DNA of 64,000 nt from Cycas panzhihuaensis (taxonomy: Eukaryota; Plantae; Cycadophyta): contig CM041465.1 in assembly GCA_023213395.1 (NCBI GenBank), positions 126,239,741 through 126,303,740 on the forward strand, read 5' to 3'. Below, one piece after another: positions 1 through 13,249 of the stretch. How positions within the stretch are numbered: position 1 is the stretch's first letter; each line of letters starts with the position of its first letter. The notes under the pieces were generated by a model, which ran no database searches, was not told the origin of the DNA, and saw only the letters and a program-made list of their open reading frames with translations. Both the position numbers and the translations under genes were made by a program.

Positions 1-2214
1 AATTCTAGGACTTATGTTGGTTAGATAAGTAGTTATGGTTGTGGCATCAACCCAAGATCTGGTGGTAAGGTTTGCACCTCTAAGCATTGCTTTTCATTTA
101 TTTATCAATGTCTAATTCATTCTTTTGACTACACGATTTTGTTAAGGTGTACGGGGAGTTGAGAACTGATGTTGGATGCCATGTTCCTTGCCCAAAATGT
201 TGAACTGATTAGAAATATACTCGCCACCATTATCAGATCTAAGGAGTTCGATTATCATTATACTTTTCTTTTCTATGGTAGCTTTGAACTCTTTGAATTT
301 ATTTAGGGTTGTATACTTATTACTTAGGAAATAGACCTACATTTTCCTTGAGAAGTCATCTATGAATGTGATGAAATGCCAATTTTTATTGAGTGGTTAG
401 ACAGGTACCAACCCACAAATTTCTGGGTGGACCATCTCTAACGGCGCTGAGGATCTCCATGCGTTCTTAGAAGGAAAATTTTCTATTTAGTGCTTTTCTA
501 TTAGGCAAGCCTCACATATGTTGTTGTACCTCTTAATTTTATGTAAACCATGTACCATTTAAAGCTTAAACATGAGGTCCAAGCTTTGCATGTTTAAATG
601 ACTTAGGCATTAATTCCATAGGTATACTTTGGAGCTATTTGAGATGACAATTTCCTTTCAATATAAGAATTCACCTAGTTCTTATATACAAGGGGACACT
701 TCATTAACGACTTCAATTACCTTATCAATTTGAGATGTGTTCGGAATTAAACAAGCTTCATTTTATGGAGTAGTTGTAAGGGGGATACCACCCAAACTAT
801 ATAGGCCACCATCTTCATGTCTTGTGGCCATAAGTTTGCATGTGGCATGATCTGCGATTCTACTAATGCCCTAGCCAAAGAGGACATCTAAATTTTGTTT
901 GTTTATTTCATTGATAGAGAGCAAGTTCGTCTCCATTTCAGGTGCAAGGAATATATTATTGATGTGGTGCCTCATATTGGAGCCCTACGAATTTTGGTCA
1001 TTATCGTAAGTCAAATTATCCCTAAATTTAATAGTTTGAGTATCGATTGGGCAGGTCCCTTCTAATATTTTTTCTAATCCAATCATATATCTCGTTGCAC
1101 TTGAATCAAGGAGCCATGCATCCTCATCAAATTGTGAAGAAAGAGCTACAAAGAATAGGTTATGGAAGGAGGAATCTTAATTATCTACCACATTACTTCC
1201 CTATTATTTATTATTATGCTGGTTCCTTTAATTTTTGATAGTGAATTGCTGCTTATTTTGAGGTCTTTTTCCTTCAGCAGGTCTCAGATTCCAATTGTGT
1301 TGGTAGAATTGGCCTTTTGGTTGGAATGATGACCCTTCTTATTATTGAATAAGGCCTCTTTATTAGAAATATGGGCCCCCTTGTTACAAAATAAGACCTT
1401 GTTATTATGGAAATGAGGCTTCTTGTAGAAGGCACGATCCTCCTTAATAATATCCTTGTCTCTATTAAGAGTAACTAGGACCTCCTTGTTGATATGAGGG
1501 TGGTCCTTACTAGTAGATTAGGCCTAATTATTGATAATAAGAGGTAGCTTATTAGAAGCGAGGCCCATATGATTGGCTCCATTGATTTTACAAGAGTTGT
1601 GAATTAACTTGTCCTCACTTGCATTAACTAAGTGTCTTTTTTTATCATAGTAGAGGCAACTGACATTTGGTCTAACCTATTAATTCTTTTAAAGTTGTGC
1701 ATATGGCTGGTATTGAGACTGCTGATGCCAATGAGTTAGACAAGAGGAGGAGGTGTTAATTAGTTATTACTTCTCTTAGGTTGGTTATTGATATGGCTCT
1801 TGGGATATGGTCAGAGAATCCAAGTGTTGAGTTAGATCTTGGTGTTGACTAAGATGTTGAGTTGATCTATTGATAGTATTACGATTTTCTGAGTTATGGG
1901 CTATAAAGGTAGGAATGGGGTTAGATATACATGTCATCCCAAGTCAGTTGAGTATGTTCTCCTCTTATAACAAGAGTTCCTCACCGGTCGTGAAGTCTAT
2001 TTTGGAATAATTACCACGTAATTTAGAAACAAAGGAGTTATATTCTATAGGTAGGATGTCAATGATGCTAGAGATCAAATCATGGTTTGAAAGTGGTTCA
2101 TTAAAGATTATAAGTTAGTTCCTAGTTATTTTGACTCTAATCAAGTGGTGTGTAACATTGCCAAAAAAAATATACCTTTATCAAAACTTTATGAACTTAA
2201 AGAAGATAAGTCAT
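1..2214 (-). mobile_element. Degenerate Ty1/copia gag-PR-INT remnant (monomer copy, cut by window start)
   Basis: Homologous to the other monomer copies, where WLLESGAT (protease-like), CEACLIEKH and FITFIDDFSRK (integrase) are readable. Many stops; the gag-side boundary is approximate. Confidence 0.85.
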
Positions 2215-3667
2215 GAAAATAAGATTAATTTTAGATTCACCTATTCATTATAGGGTGTACCCTATGCTTGTCACAAATAATTATACCCAACTAAGACATG
2301 GGAGAATATTATGAAGTAATTTAAGGAGATATTATAAAAGTTTTGAAGTAATGAGGTAGTGGAGTTGTCTCTTAAGGAAATGAGATAAAGGTTAGTAGAA
2401 TTACTATTAATATATATATGAAAAATAAATATTAAAGTTGTAAGTATTATGAATGGAGAAAAAATCATAGATTATAATAAGAGAAACTATTTTATAAATG
2501 GGCTAAATTCTAAAGTAAGGGCCACAATGGTGACTCATTCCTTGAAATGCTTCCATTTTACACATGAGTTGGTATTACACTTTGAGAAAGAAATGGACAT
2601 TTAAAAGGGTAGCCATAAACCTTATTATTTAGATCACGAGACAAAATGTAATAATTAAGAAGCCAAAATATAAATAAACCTTGATATTAAGTAACAAAAA
2701 TAAAGGAGACCTCAAAAGTAGAAGCCTTTAAAAAAGAAGTCACAAGGCTAAAGTTATAAAGAAAGAAACCTCAACTTACTAAGGAGAAGAAGAATGAAAA
2801 AATATAGGGGTAACGAACTGTAATTGAAGAAGTGGTGTCCCATTTGTGATAATAATTCATATTATAGTAAAAAATGTAACCTAAATGAGAGGAATAATAT
2901 GGTAAAAAAGTAAAGTATTTGGTGTTATATTTGTGATATGGATAACTATAATATGAATAAACACTATTTTAATATATGTAAAACAAACCAATACGATACA
3001 AGTTATGGAAGAAGGAACAACTTAACCATGATGCAATATACTAATGATGCAGGAAGGCATGTGAAAATATAATAATGCATGAAGAGAGAATAAAGGGAAT
3101 GTACTAAACTAACTAAAATAATAGAGAGAAAATTTATCTATCCTCATAGAAAATACCTATAGAGAGATCAAACATCACCTAATAAGAAGGCTGTCAAAAT
3201 ATAAGAGGTCCACTAGAGCATATATGCCCAAACTATTGAGAAAAGTATGTGCTTGGCCTATTGTAGATACCCTTTATAAAGAAGAATGTCCTATCCTAAC
3301 CCAGACTCTTAAATATACCTAAAACACTAGACTCAATCTTAAAATATAAGAAGGGACTAACTAGAGTAAGAGGCCTAAAGGCGTTAAGGCCATAGGATCC
3401 ATATGATCATAGGTAGGTTCTTGGAAAATTATCAATAGTAGTGACTCATCTCACATAAGTTTGGGATAGGCTAATAGTACTTGCATTTAACTCCAACTAG
3501 CATCAAGCTCTAATAGGTAAAATAAAAAAAGGGCACTGCTCTAAATAAGATGCATAGAGTTCACTTAGTTGTTGAGGCCACACATATAAATGTATAGTGA
3601 GGGTAGATGCCCACCATTAGGCTAATCAGAATATGAATCATAGGATTCTTCTCACATAAGGCCAAAA

Positions 3668-4166
3668 GATCACCTCTCTCATCTAATGGTTAAATCTAGG
3701 TTCAAAGAAAGTGATCTATCTTATTTGTAAAAGAATAAGTACTTTGAGATATTATGTATCTTGATGTATTTCGTATATGCAAGAAGATAATTTATATCTT
3801 CTTGTTATTTAGGAGATTAAAGTCAAATAATTATTGTTGAACTAATTTCTAGGTGTGATGTTGATGTACTCTAAAGTAAATAAATGGCAATTCATTATTT
3901 TGAATCAAATAAGAAAACCAATGACAAAAATGAGTTAAATTTAAGAATTAAAATGTTTACTAGACGAATAAAGATCGTAGAAGCTGTTTTCTTTCATTGC
4001 GTTTGGACGTTACTAATATTGACAACACAACATAAATGATGCACTATCAGGAGTGAATGATTCCCATGGATTACATCTACATTAATTGTAGTTTGTAGAA
4101 ATGGTGCTTCAAAGCTTCGTTAGCTGAAAGACGTTCCCTTGGGTCAAACTTCAACAAACCTCGAAG
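3668..4166 (-). pseudogene. LAMMER kinase 3'-end fragment (last ~27 codons + 3' flank), monomer copy
   Basis: Aligns to 21132-21620 and switches to copia RT at CGAAG|ATGG (4166/4167). Confidence 0.9.
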
Positions 4167-5609
4167 ATGGTGTGTTGTTTGAAGAAAACCTCTTCTTTAA
4201 GATCTCTATTGAGGAAAGTACCCTTCATATCCATTTGCTAAATATGCTAATTAAATTAGATTGCTAAGGACATAACCAAATGGAATGTGATCACATTGGC
4301 TACCTGTGCACAGGTCTTATCATAATCAATCCCTTCTTGTTATTTAAAACCTCTTGCTATAAGGTGAGCTTTGTGAGTGTCATACTTTGTAAGACCTTTT
4401 AGCAGTTATGGGAGGAGGAGCATCCATTAATAATTGTTATACCTATTAGGATTTAGTTGAATGCTAGTGGCTTCCACCTGAAGTTCATCAACTAAAATTG
4501 GAGGTAAAGTTATACTTTCTTGAGTTGTTGATGTAGATGCTACTGGAATCGATGAAGGAGCTGGAGTGTAGGAGGAGGCTAGTTTTGGTGGCTCAACAAT
4601 TTGTCCAAGAGTAACTTAAGATACAAAAACTACTTCTATTGCTATAATATAAGGTTGAGGTGAAGGTAGGTCCTATGAATCTTTATAAATATTATATCCC
4701 GTGGTACGTAAACTTGGTTACCAACTATGTCAAACACTTTATAGGCTTTACAACCAAGTACATAGCTAAGGAAGATGCATTTCCAGCTCTTGTCATCAAG
4801 CTTCTTTTTGTTTTCCTTTGAAATATATTTATATTCCATGCATCCAAAGATTTTCACGAGTACTACCGATGGTTTCTGACCTGACCAAACTTCTTCAAGA
4901 GTAATATTCCTAACTGCGATTCTAGGACTCATGTTGGTTAGATAAGTAGTTATGGTTGTGGCATCAACCCAAGATCTGGTGGTAAGATTTGCAACACTAA
5001 GCATGGCTTTTCCTTTATTTATCAATGTCTAATTCATTCTTTTGACTACACGATTTTGTTGAGGTGTGTGGGGAGTTGGGAACTAATGTTGGATGCCATG
5101 TTCCTTGCCCAAAATGTTGAACTGATTAGGAATATACTCACCACCATTATCAGATCTAAGCAGCTTGATTATCATTCTACTTTTGTTTTCTATGGCAGCT
5201 TTGAACACTTTAAATTTATTTAGGATTTTATACTTATTTCTCAGGAAATAGACATACATTTTCCTTGAGAAGTCATCTATGAATGTGATGAAATGCCAAT
5301 TTTTATTGGGTGGTTAGACAGGTACCAACCCGCAAATTTCTGGGTGGACAATCTCTAACGACACTAAGGATCTCCATGCATTCTTAGAAGGAAAATGTTC
5401 TTGTGAGCTTTTCTATTAGGCAAGCCTCACATATGTTGTTGTACCTCTTAATTTTATGTAAACCATGTACCATTTGGAGCTTAAACATGAGTTCCAAGCT
5501 TTACATGTTTAAATGACTTAGGCATTAATTCTATAGGTATACTTTGGAGCTATTTGAGCTGATAATTTCCTTTCAATATGAGAATTCACCTGGTTCTTAT
5601 ATATAAAGG

Positions 5610-5614
5610 GACTC
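5610..5614 (+). other. Left target-site duplication GACTC
   Basis: GACTC flanks both ends of the nested element. Uninterrupted monomers have a single GACTC (GGGGACTCTTCATTAATG). Confidence 0.95.
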
Positions 5615-5911
5615 TGAAAAGAGTGGATCTATCCTTCATCTCCATGCACTAAACACAAAGGCAAACATGGGAGCAAGAGAGACTTGAGAGAAAGAAAGTA
5701 GCTCTCACAAAATGGGGAGGTAAGAATGAATCTCCTCCATTGAGCTTTACTTTTATATTGAGAGAGGGAGCATTTGAGTTAGGTGAAATGAAATTACACA
5801 TAATGCACATGAAAGTGCATTTCACTTAAGTGATCTAATTTAAAGTTCACTTAAGACCCTTTTTCGAAATAATCAACTAATGTAATGACCTTATGTCATT
5901 AACCCTTTTCA
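5615..5911 (-). repeat. 3' LTR (297 bp)
   Basis: TG...CA ends. Differs from 12947-13244 by 4 substitutions and one 1-bp indel (manual comparison). Confidence 0.96.
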
Positions 5912-5922
5912 ATCTCCCCCTT
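5912..5922 (-). other. Polypurine tract
   Basis: Minus strand AAGGGGGAGAT immediately precedes the 3' LTR. Confidence 0.9.
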
Positions 5923-6210
5923 AATGGTAGAAGGTCATTTCATTCTATTTTATTCTATCCTATGAGGTCTTCATTTGAGCCTCTTACAAAGGAAACTAGT
6001 ATGATACTTTTGTGGGAAACCCTCATGGGGAAGAAAACCCACAAATTTTCTAATCTACTAACCTGGCTCAAAGGCTCTTTAAATGTAGCGAGATAGCCAA
6101 TCAAGACAATAAATTTTGTAGCTGAAATCTCATCGAGTCTCCATATACCATTTGGTCATCCCCCATGCCCTTTCAGGTTTTCACAGGTTCTGATTTTCCA
6201 AAATGATACA

Positions 6211-6315
6211 ACCCTTATCCTTTCGCGTCCACATGGGGTTTTCACGAGTGGGATAGAGCAGAGACTTACTCTTGTCCTTCCGCGCCCACAAGGGGTTTTC
6301 ACGAAGAAGATAGAG
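6211..6315. repeat. Two imperfect ~57-bp tandem copies in the copia 3' UTR
   Basis: ACCCTTATCCTTTCGCGTCCACATGGGGTTTTCACGAG (6211) vs ACTCTTGTCCTTCCGCGCCCACAAGGGGTTTTCACGAA (6268). Confidence 0.75.
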
Positions 6316-6344
6316 TATGATGGTCCTATTGTCATCTCCTTCAA

Positions 6345-9300
6345 TCAGTCAGAGATGGAGGCCCTAAGTAGAGTTGCTTTCAGCTGTTCAAACTTCACCC
6401 TCTTCAGTGGTTTGGTGAAGATATCGGCCACTTGATCTGCTGTGGGGCAGTACTCCAATTGAATTGTTCCATCATGAACTAGTTCTCTAATCCTGTGGAC
6501 TTTTGTACTTATATGTTTGGTACGATCATGAAATACATGATTTTTAGCCATCTGGATTGTAGATTGATTATCTACATGTAAGCTAGTAGAACTTGTTTGG
6601 GTGGCATTTAATGTATTCAACAATTTTCTAAGCCATAGCACCTCCTTGCTTGTCTCAGAAGCAACAATGTACTCAGCTTCAGCAGTTGAGTCTGCAACTA
6701 TCTTCTGCCTTCTGGATCTCCATGATATTGGTGTTGTTCCAAGAAATGTTACGTACCCAGACGTAGATCTTCCTGTGTCTTTATCTCCGTGATGCGAGTG
6801 CATGTATGCATAAAGTTTAAATTACGCATTGGGTTCATACAATGGACCATATTTGCTAGTCGTCTTTAGGTACCTCAACACTCGTATTGCAGCTTGCCAA
6901 TGATTCTGCTTAGGATTTGTCATGAATCTTGCAAGAATGTCGACAGTGTGCAATATCGGCCTTGTGTTGGTAGTATAGATGAGACTACCTACAAGTTGCA
7001 CTGTAGAGTGTTAAGTCCGCCTCCCTATTGTCACCATCAACCGAGAGCTTAATGTTAGGCTCCATAGGTGTATCCACCGGTCGAGCACCTTCCAACCTGA
7101 AACTTTGTCAAGATCGTTGATATATTTTTCTTGGGAGAGAAAGATTTTGCCATCCTTTTGAGTTACTTCAATTCCCAAGTAATATTTCATCAACCCGAGG
7201 TCGACAATTCAAAAGTTTTAGCAAGGCCTTCTTCATTTGGTGATTACATGCTCATTATTCCCGTTATGAGCATGTCATCCACAAAGATTAAGAGGTAAGT
7301 GACTTTATCATTTTGGCGCTTGATGAATAATGTTGCATCAATATCTTGATAGTCACAAACCTCATATCCAAGTTGCCTCATTCTTTCAGACAACTTGGTA
7401 AACCAAGCACGAGGGGCTTGCTTTAGGCCATACAAGGACTTTTTGAGCCTACAAACTTTATGCTCCTGATCGTCAATCTCATATCCTTCTGGCTGAGCCA
7501 TGTAAATTTCTTCTTTAAGGTCCCCATTGAGAAATGCGGTCTTAACATCAAGTTAGTGGATTTTCCAACCCTGTTGAGCAGCCAAGGCTATAAGAGTTCT
7601 GATTGTAGGCCACTTGGTTGTAGGAGCAAAGATTTCAGTGTAGTCAATACCTTCCCTTTGCGTGAATCCTTTGCTACCAACCTCGCCTTATGTTTTTCTA
7701 GGGTGCCATCTGATCTATACTTGTTTTTGAACACCCATTTATTTTGAACTACCTTTCTTCCAAGTGGTAGATCAACAAGCTCCCATGTACCGTTCTTAAT
7801 AAGAGATTGATACTCTTCGTTCATGGCATTTCTCCAAGCTGCATGCTTTACAGCTTCTTGGTACGTTAGGGGCTCTTCATTAAGAGTAAGATGCAGTTCT
7901 GCTGGTTCAAGCTCAATGGAAAGTGATTCATGCATCCTTGCTCTATGGGCACTTCTAGTGCCAGTTTTGCCTACCTCATCTGGTCGCATCTCCTTGTGTA
8001 GCTAGTAGGCTTCACGAAAACCTCGAGTTGGGAATGACGTTTTCATTTCCACAACCTCTTGATCTTCGTTTTGATCCTGAAAAGGATCATGTGAAATATT
8101 TGGCACGAAGGAAGTTGACGATGCTGGAGAAGATGGGCCAGCCACAGATGTTGGAGAAGATGATCCTTCTGCTATGGCTTTGCCTTTGTCAACTTGGATA
8201 TTCACAAATGATGGTGCTGGATGTGTACACATTGGATTGGAGTCACAGCTTGTATCCTCCGAGGCTCTATTGTCAGATTCCAAGATTTTAAGCATCTTTT
8301 CAAAGATCTCCCCTAAATTTTAGAACTGACATCAAATTCAGTAGCATCATTAAATCAGTATGAAGGTGTCTTGGAGTCAAGTCTGAGTAATTGATCTTCA
8401 GTCTCTGCAAAGATAACATCTCTAGTGATGATGATTTTGCGCTCTGAAGGTATAAAAACCTTGTATCCCTTTTTGTCCATAGGGTATCTGACAAAGATGC
8501 CTTTGATGGCTCTATCTTGGAGCTTATTTCTATGTTCCTGCAAAATATGAGCATAACAAGTAGAGCCAAAAATTCTGAAGTGCGAGATAGAGGGGGTTTG
8601 TCCATACCACATTTCATGTGGAAAGGGGCCGAGCTTGGAGGGACTAACAGTGTTGATGCAATACACATCAGTCCATATAGCCTCAGCCCAAAGATAGATA
8701 GGGACATTCTTATATACCAGCATAGCACGAGCCATATTCATGATGGTCCTGTTCATACGCTCGGCAACTCCATTTTGCTGGGGTGTACCTGTAACAGTGG
8801 TCTGATGTTTGATTCCACGTTGACGTAGGTACGATTCAAACTCATTGGAAGTGTACTAGCCACCATTGTCAGTCCTGAGTATTTTGATATTGAATCCAGA
8901 TTCATTTTCCATGCGGGCCTTGAAAGCTTGAAACATAGAAAAAGCTTCATCTTTCTTTGCAAGAAAAGCAACCCATACTTTCTTGGTAAAATCATCAATG
9001 AAAGTAATATAGTACCACTTCTGTTTGATAGAAGGGATGGGCATAGGACCGCATATATCAGAGTGTACAAGCTGCAAAGGTTGGGTAGATTTCCACTGAC
9101 TACGAGGAAAGGGTTGTCTTTGAGATTTAGCAATAATACATGCTTCACATTTAAAGGGCTTCGAGGGGAACTTAAGCAAACCAGGAAGAGTGTCTTGTAG
9201 TTCTCTTAAATGATCAATTTTGATATGGCCCATATGATCATGCCATAGAGCTGCTTGGGACAACTTTTGAGGAGTCAGGGTTGTGGTAAAAACAAATTCA

Positions 9301-10883
9301 TCATCAGCATAGTTGGTTTCAGAGGATGGTGAGCCAGTTAGGCGAAAAAGTTTGCCATCAAGAATTCCGGTCATAACCACAGCATTTGAAGGAGGGTGAA
9401 TGACACAGAGAGTTTGATTGTTTGTAGTTACACTCAGATCAAATCCACGAGAGACAAGGGTGGACAGGGAGAGCAAATTCGCTCAGAAAGGTGAATATAT
9501 AAAACATCAACAAGTGTAAAACTGGAAGGCACAGGGAGTTTCAGCAAACTGCTCCAAGTCCTTTGGTGGCCGAGATGATTTGTCAGCCATGTGTACAACA
9601 CCACGAACTTCAGAGTCAAAATCTTGAAAGAACTGGCGATGACAAGTCATGTGTTATGTTGCTCCAGTATCCATGATCTACGATGAAGTATTTGAGGTAG
9701 CACTATTTGCAACTCCAAGTGGTGAAGGCAAAAGTGAATAAGCATAGCCACAATGAGCCTCAATATACTTAGTGGATCTATCAACAACATTTGATGAAGT
9801 GGTCCCAATTCTTTGAAGGTGTGCATGAGCAAATTGCTCCACCAAAAGCATCTTCAAAGAAGTATTATCAACATTATGTGCACCATGGCAATCGTTGATA
9901 ACTTGGTAGTTTGTTGGTGGCGATTACGCAATTTTTGGCATAATGTCCTCTTCTATTACACCTTTGGCACACGATTGTTTGATTTCCAGTCCAAGTATTA
10001 AATTTGGCCGGATTGTCTCTCGATTCTTGGATCTAGGTCCAGGTTGATTATTTTGCCCTTGGCCTTGAGACTGTTTTTGTTGGAATTGAGGAGCCTGTTG
10101 ACTAAGAGGACGTTGTCCTTGTTGTCTACCTCTTCCTCTTCCACGGGAATTACCACCTCTACGAGAGTATTGACCTTGATTTTTGGTGTAACAAAGATCT
10201 TCTTCCACTTTAAAAGTAGCATCAATTGGATCTGATGTAGTGGCAAAGTTGGTATCAAAGGTCTTATCAAATTCAATGAACTTATCAACAAGATCCTCAA
10301 AGTTTAGGGTCTTTAAAGTTCCACTGGATTGAAGACTCCCCAATAGATTTTTATAATCTGGGATATGGAGACATGACTGAATCAAGAAAGCCCATGTAAT
10401 GCATTGAGTTTTAAAATCTTTATCAATGGCTTGCTTGATTGGACGAAGGAGATTGATTGTCTCACTTGCATGTCCTTTTTGCATTTTCAATTTGTTCATC
10501 TTCAGCACTAAGTGAACAAATTCTAAGTCTGATTTAGTGTCAAAGTTCTTCTTAAGAACTTCAAGAACTTTCCATGCTATATCATGTATAGCTTCATCAA
10601 TGAGATTATGTAGGGAATAATCAGTGACAAACAGTATCCCTGCACGGATTTTATCATCATCAAGTTCCCATTGGCGTTTAGCTACAGCTTCAGTGGGAGC
10701 AGTTGGAGCACCTCCTCTTCAAGCGATTGTGGTAGTTGTAGAATGCAATGGTGGTGTAGGTTGTAAGTGATCTCTCCATAGACCTTCATACTTTGGCAAG
10801 ATTTCGACACCAATGAACCACATGTCCCAATTTTCTTTCCCTTTTAGAATGCAGTTCACATTTTGCTTGAACTGTGAAGACAT
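6345..10883 (-). pseudogene. Copia gag-pol polyprotein, disrupted by frameshifts and stops
   Basis: Start MSSQFKQNVNCILKGKENWDMW at 10883. CCHC knuckle CQRCNRRGHYAKNC (~9930-9970); protease MDTGAT (~9660); integrase LWHDHMGH..CEAC, LVHSDICGP, LRTDNGG; [20 protein letters not shown] and FVDD; RNase [26 protein letters not shown]. Confidence 0.93.
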
Positions 10884-11047
10884 TGTGTCTTTTTAGAAGG
10901 GAAGAAATGAACAAGGGACTATAAAAGTGATGGTAATAAATGACCGATCACTATTTACAAATGGGAAATGTAATGAAGTAGTGTAGAAGAAGGAAGAAGA
11001 AGTGAGAATAGTTGCTCAAAGATGAAGGGAGCAACTTAGAGAAAAGT

Positions 11048-11175
11048 CACCAACACTTGTGACAAATATTAACCTGACGCAGCAGGAATATGAGAAGCAC
11101 TATGATAAAAATTGGCCACTAACACTTGTGGCAAATATTAACCTGAAACAGCAGGAATATGAGAAGCACTATGAT
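11048..11175. repeat. Two-copy tandem repeat (69-bp period) in the copia 5' leader
   Basis: CACCAACACTTGTGACAAATATTAACCTG...GAGAAGCACTATGAT at 11048 and a near-identical copy at 11117. Confidence 0.85.
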
Positions 11176-11839
11176 TGTGATTACACTATGGATCACTTTT
11201 TACAAATAAGTAAGTGATCAATATACAAGATTGTAGGCCAATGTAAAAGTTGACATCATTGGGTTTACACAACTTGAAACTCGAATGTAGGATGCGTAAT
11301 CAACCCAATAACCTCTAACTTATGTCCAACGTGTAGTTGAGGTTGTTGAAGGGATGCCTAGGCTTTTAGTAGAATTAATTTGGCCTTCACCCGCGATACC
11401 CGCAATCGTTCTTGGTGATGAAATCCAAGTCACAACGGAGCCCAGGTACTCCCAATCCTCACCCAGTTCACTAATGAGCAGCTATATACCTCCTCTAAAG
11501 AGTGGTACGTGCATACCCATGGCTATGACGGATATTGGATTGGGTATATTTTAATCTTGTATTAAAGTTTCAGTTTTCCCATTTGGTTATCAGGATGATC
11601 CCTGATTGAGGCACGATGGTATGGCTAACCAAACCTCACCAATATTCCGGTTTAGTCCAGTCCCAACTTGAAACCCACACCTCCTTTATGGCACTAAGAT
11701 TACGCCAACCAAGGTATCTCAACCTTGGCGAGTGTGTGAACAGGTACAAGATGGCAGAAAATAACGTACGTGATGCGTTCCTTTTAGGAAGAGTGAAAAG
11801 ATTATTGAATTGTATCAAACGTACATTTAACTGAAAATA

Positions 11840-11930
11840 ATGCTTGCTTGGAGTGCTTTTGGAGTGCTTGCTTGAAGTGCTTGCTTGAAGTGTCTTTGGT
11901 GTGCTTGCTTTGAGTGATTTTAGAGTGCTA
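11840..11930. repeat. Short imperfect minisatellite (GAGTGCTTGCTT-like)
   Basis: Repeated GTGCTTGCTT/GAGTGCTTTT units are visible directly. Confidence 0.75.
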
Positions 11931-12091
11931 AAATGCAATGCTAATAAGTGAGTGAGGACACCAGATATTGCTCTGATCCAGGTGTTTTTTTCTCACTTTT
12001 ACAATGGGCTTTTAAGCCTTATAAAAAGGAAGAAATTTTCTTCACTTTTTTGTTTCCTTTTTTTTTTTGTTAATACAAAAAAAAAGTACTC

Positions 12092-12470
12092 TTCACTAAA
12101 TCTGCAATAACTTTCTCCCACGATGCCGAAATGGAGTGCCGGTTTTTGTGCTGCAAACTAGACTCAGACATTCATCTCCAGGAAATGGAATCAGGTCCAA
12201 ATGAGTTCTGGAAAGTTTTTGACAGCCCCGAAAAGTTAGGAAATGATATTTTTCCAGAATTCTTACTAAAAATAACTGCTGTTCACTAAAACAGCAATAA
12301 CTTCCTCATACGACATCCAAATTAGGTGCTAATTTTTTCATTGGAAAGTAGACTCAGAGCCCCATCTTTGACAATTAGAATCACTTCAATTGGATCTCTG
12401 TAGAAGATTTTGCAGACCTGTGAAGTTTAGTAATCAAATTGTATTTCTGTAGAAATTTCAGCTTGCTAAT
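12092..12470. repeat. Diverged ~190-bp tandem repeat (2 copies) in the copia 5' leader
   Basis: TTCACTAAA...GCAATAACTT...ACGA...TAGACTCAGA...GAATCA at 12092 and 12282. The right boundary is approximate. Confidence 0.7.
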
Positions 12471-12932
12471 ATCTCATTAACACATGATACCATATGAAAT
12501 TTCCATCATTTTTTGATCACCAGGATCCCAATATGGGCAAGGTGAGAGCATACAATGATAGATATTTTCAATGGCTCAAAATTCTTTAAAAAAAATTTGG
12601 GTAAAACTCCCTTACAATCATTCTTCTAAATCTCGGAAAAATTTCTACAAGATTCCCCTTGTTAAATGGACAAAAAAGGGAAAAGAAAAAGAAGAATGAG
12701 ATAGTATGAATGGCCAGCAAAGGATTGGAATCCTTGGGCCTTACAACTCCTTGTATTATGCTTCCAAACCTGCAAAAGAGAAAGGAAAAGCAAACAATAC
12801 AAAATATACTATCATAATAACTTGAAAATATTTCTAAATTCACTTTCACAATCTCCTTCACCACATGGATTGTGGGGGAGAAGGAAGTGATGGCTCCATT
12901 GCAAGTGCAAGTGGGGAATATGAAGGAAGCAA

Positions 12933-12944
12933 GCTATGATACCA
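12933..12944 (-). other. Primer binding site (initiator tRNA-Met type)
   Basis: Minus strand TGGTATCATAGC, one mismatch to the canonical TGGTATCAGAGC, 2 nt from the 5' LTR. Confidence 0.9.
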
Positions 12945-12946
12945 CA

Positions 12947-13244
12947 TGAAAAGAGTGGATCTATCCTTCATCTCCATGCACTAAACACAAAGGCAAACAT
13001 GGGAGCAAGAGACACTTGAGAGAAAGAAAGTAGCTCTTACAAAATGGGGAGGTAAGAATGAATCTCCTCTATTGAGCTTTACTTTTATATTGAGAGAGGG
13101 AGCATTTGAGTTAGGTGAAATGAAATTACACATAATGCATATGAAAGTGCATTTCACTTAAGTGATCTAATTTAAAGTTCACTTAAGACCCTTTTTTCGA
13201 AATAATCAACTAATGTAATGACCTTATGTCATTAACCCTTTTCA
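12947..13244 (-). repeat. 5' LTR (298 bp)
   Basis: Near-identical to 5615-5911, adjacent to the PBS, and followed by the TSD. Confidence 0.96.
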
Positions 13245-13249
13245 GACTC
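13245..13249 (+). other. Right target-site duplication GACTC
   Basis: Matches 5610-5614; the monomer sequence resumes here. Confidence 0.95.

Larger units (their letters stand above)
5615..13244 (-). mobile_element. Full-length Ty1/copia LTR retrotransposon (7630 bp) nested in an older copia-derived monomer
   Basis: Two ~297-bp LTRs with TGAAAAG...CTTTTCA ends, 5-bp TSD, PBS, PPT, and gag-PR-INT-RT-RNaseH domain order on the minus strand. Confidence 0.97.

Noticed and set aside
2271-2468. Recurrent 65-68 aa hydrophobic ORF MIFSPFII... in most monomers
   Set aside because: It lies in AT-rich spacer, resembles no family I recognise, and is conserved only because the monomers are recent copies; it is broken in the ~39240-39440 copy.
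11220-11940. Possible extra (env-like or upstream) ORF in the copia leader
   Set aside because: The best long minus-strand frame has roughly 8 stops in ~180 codons, close to random expectation, and the 100-aa ORF starts within a minisatellite.
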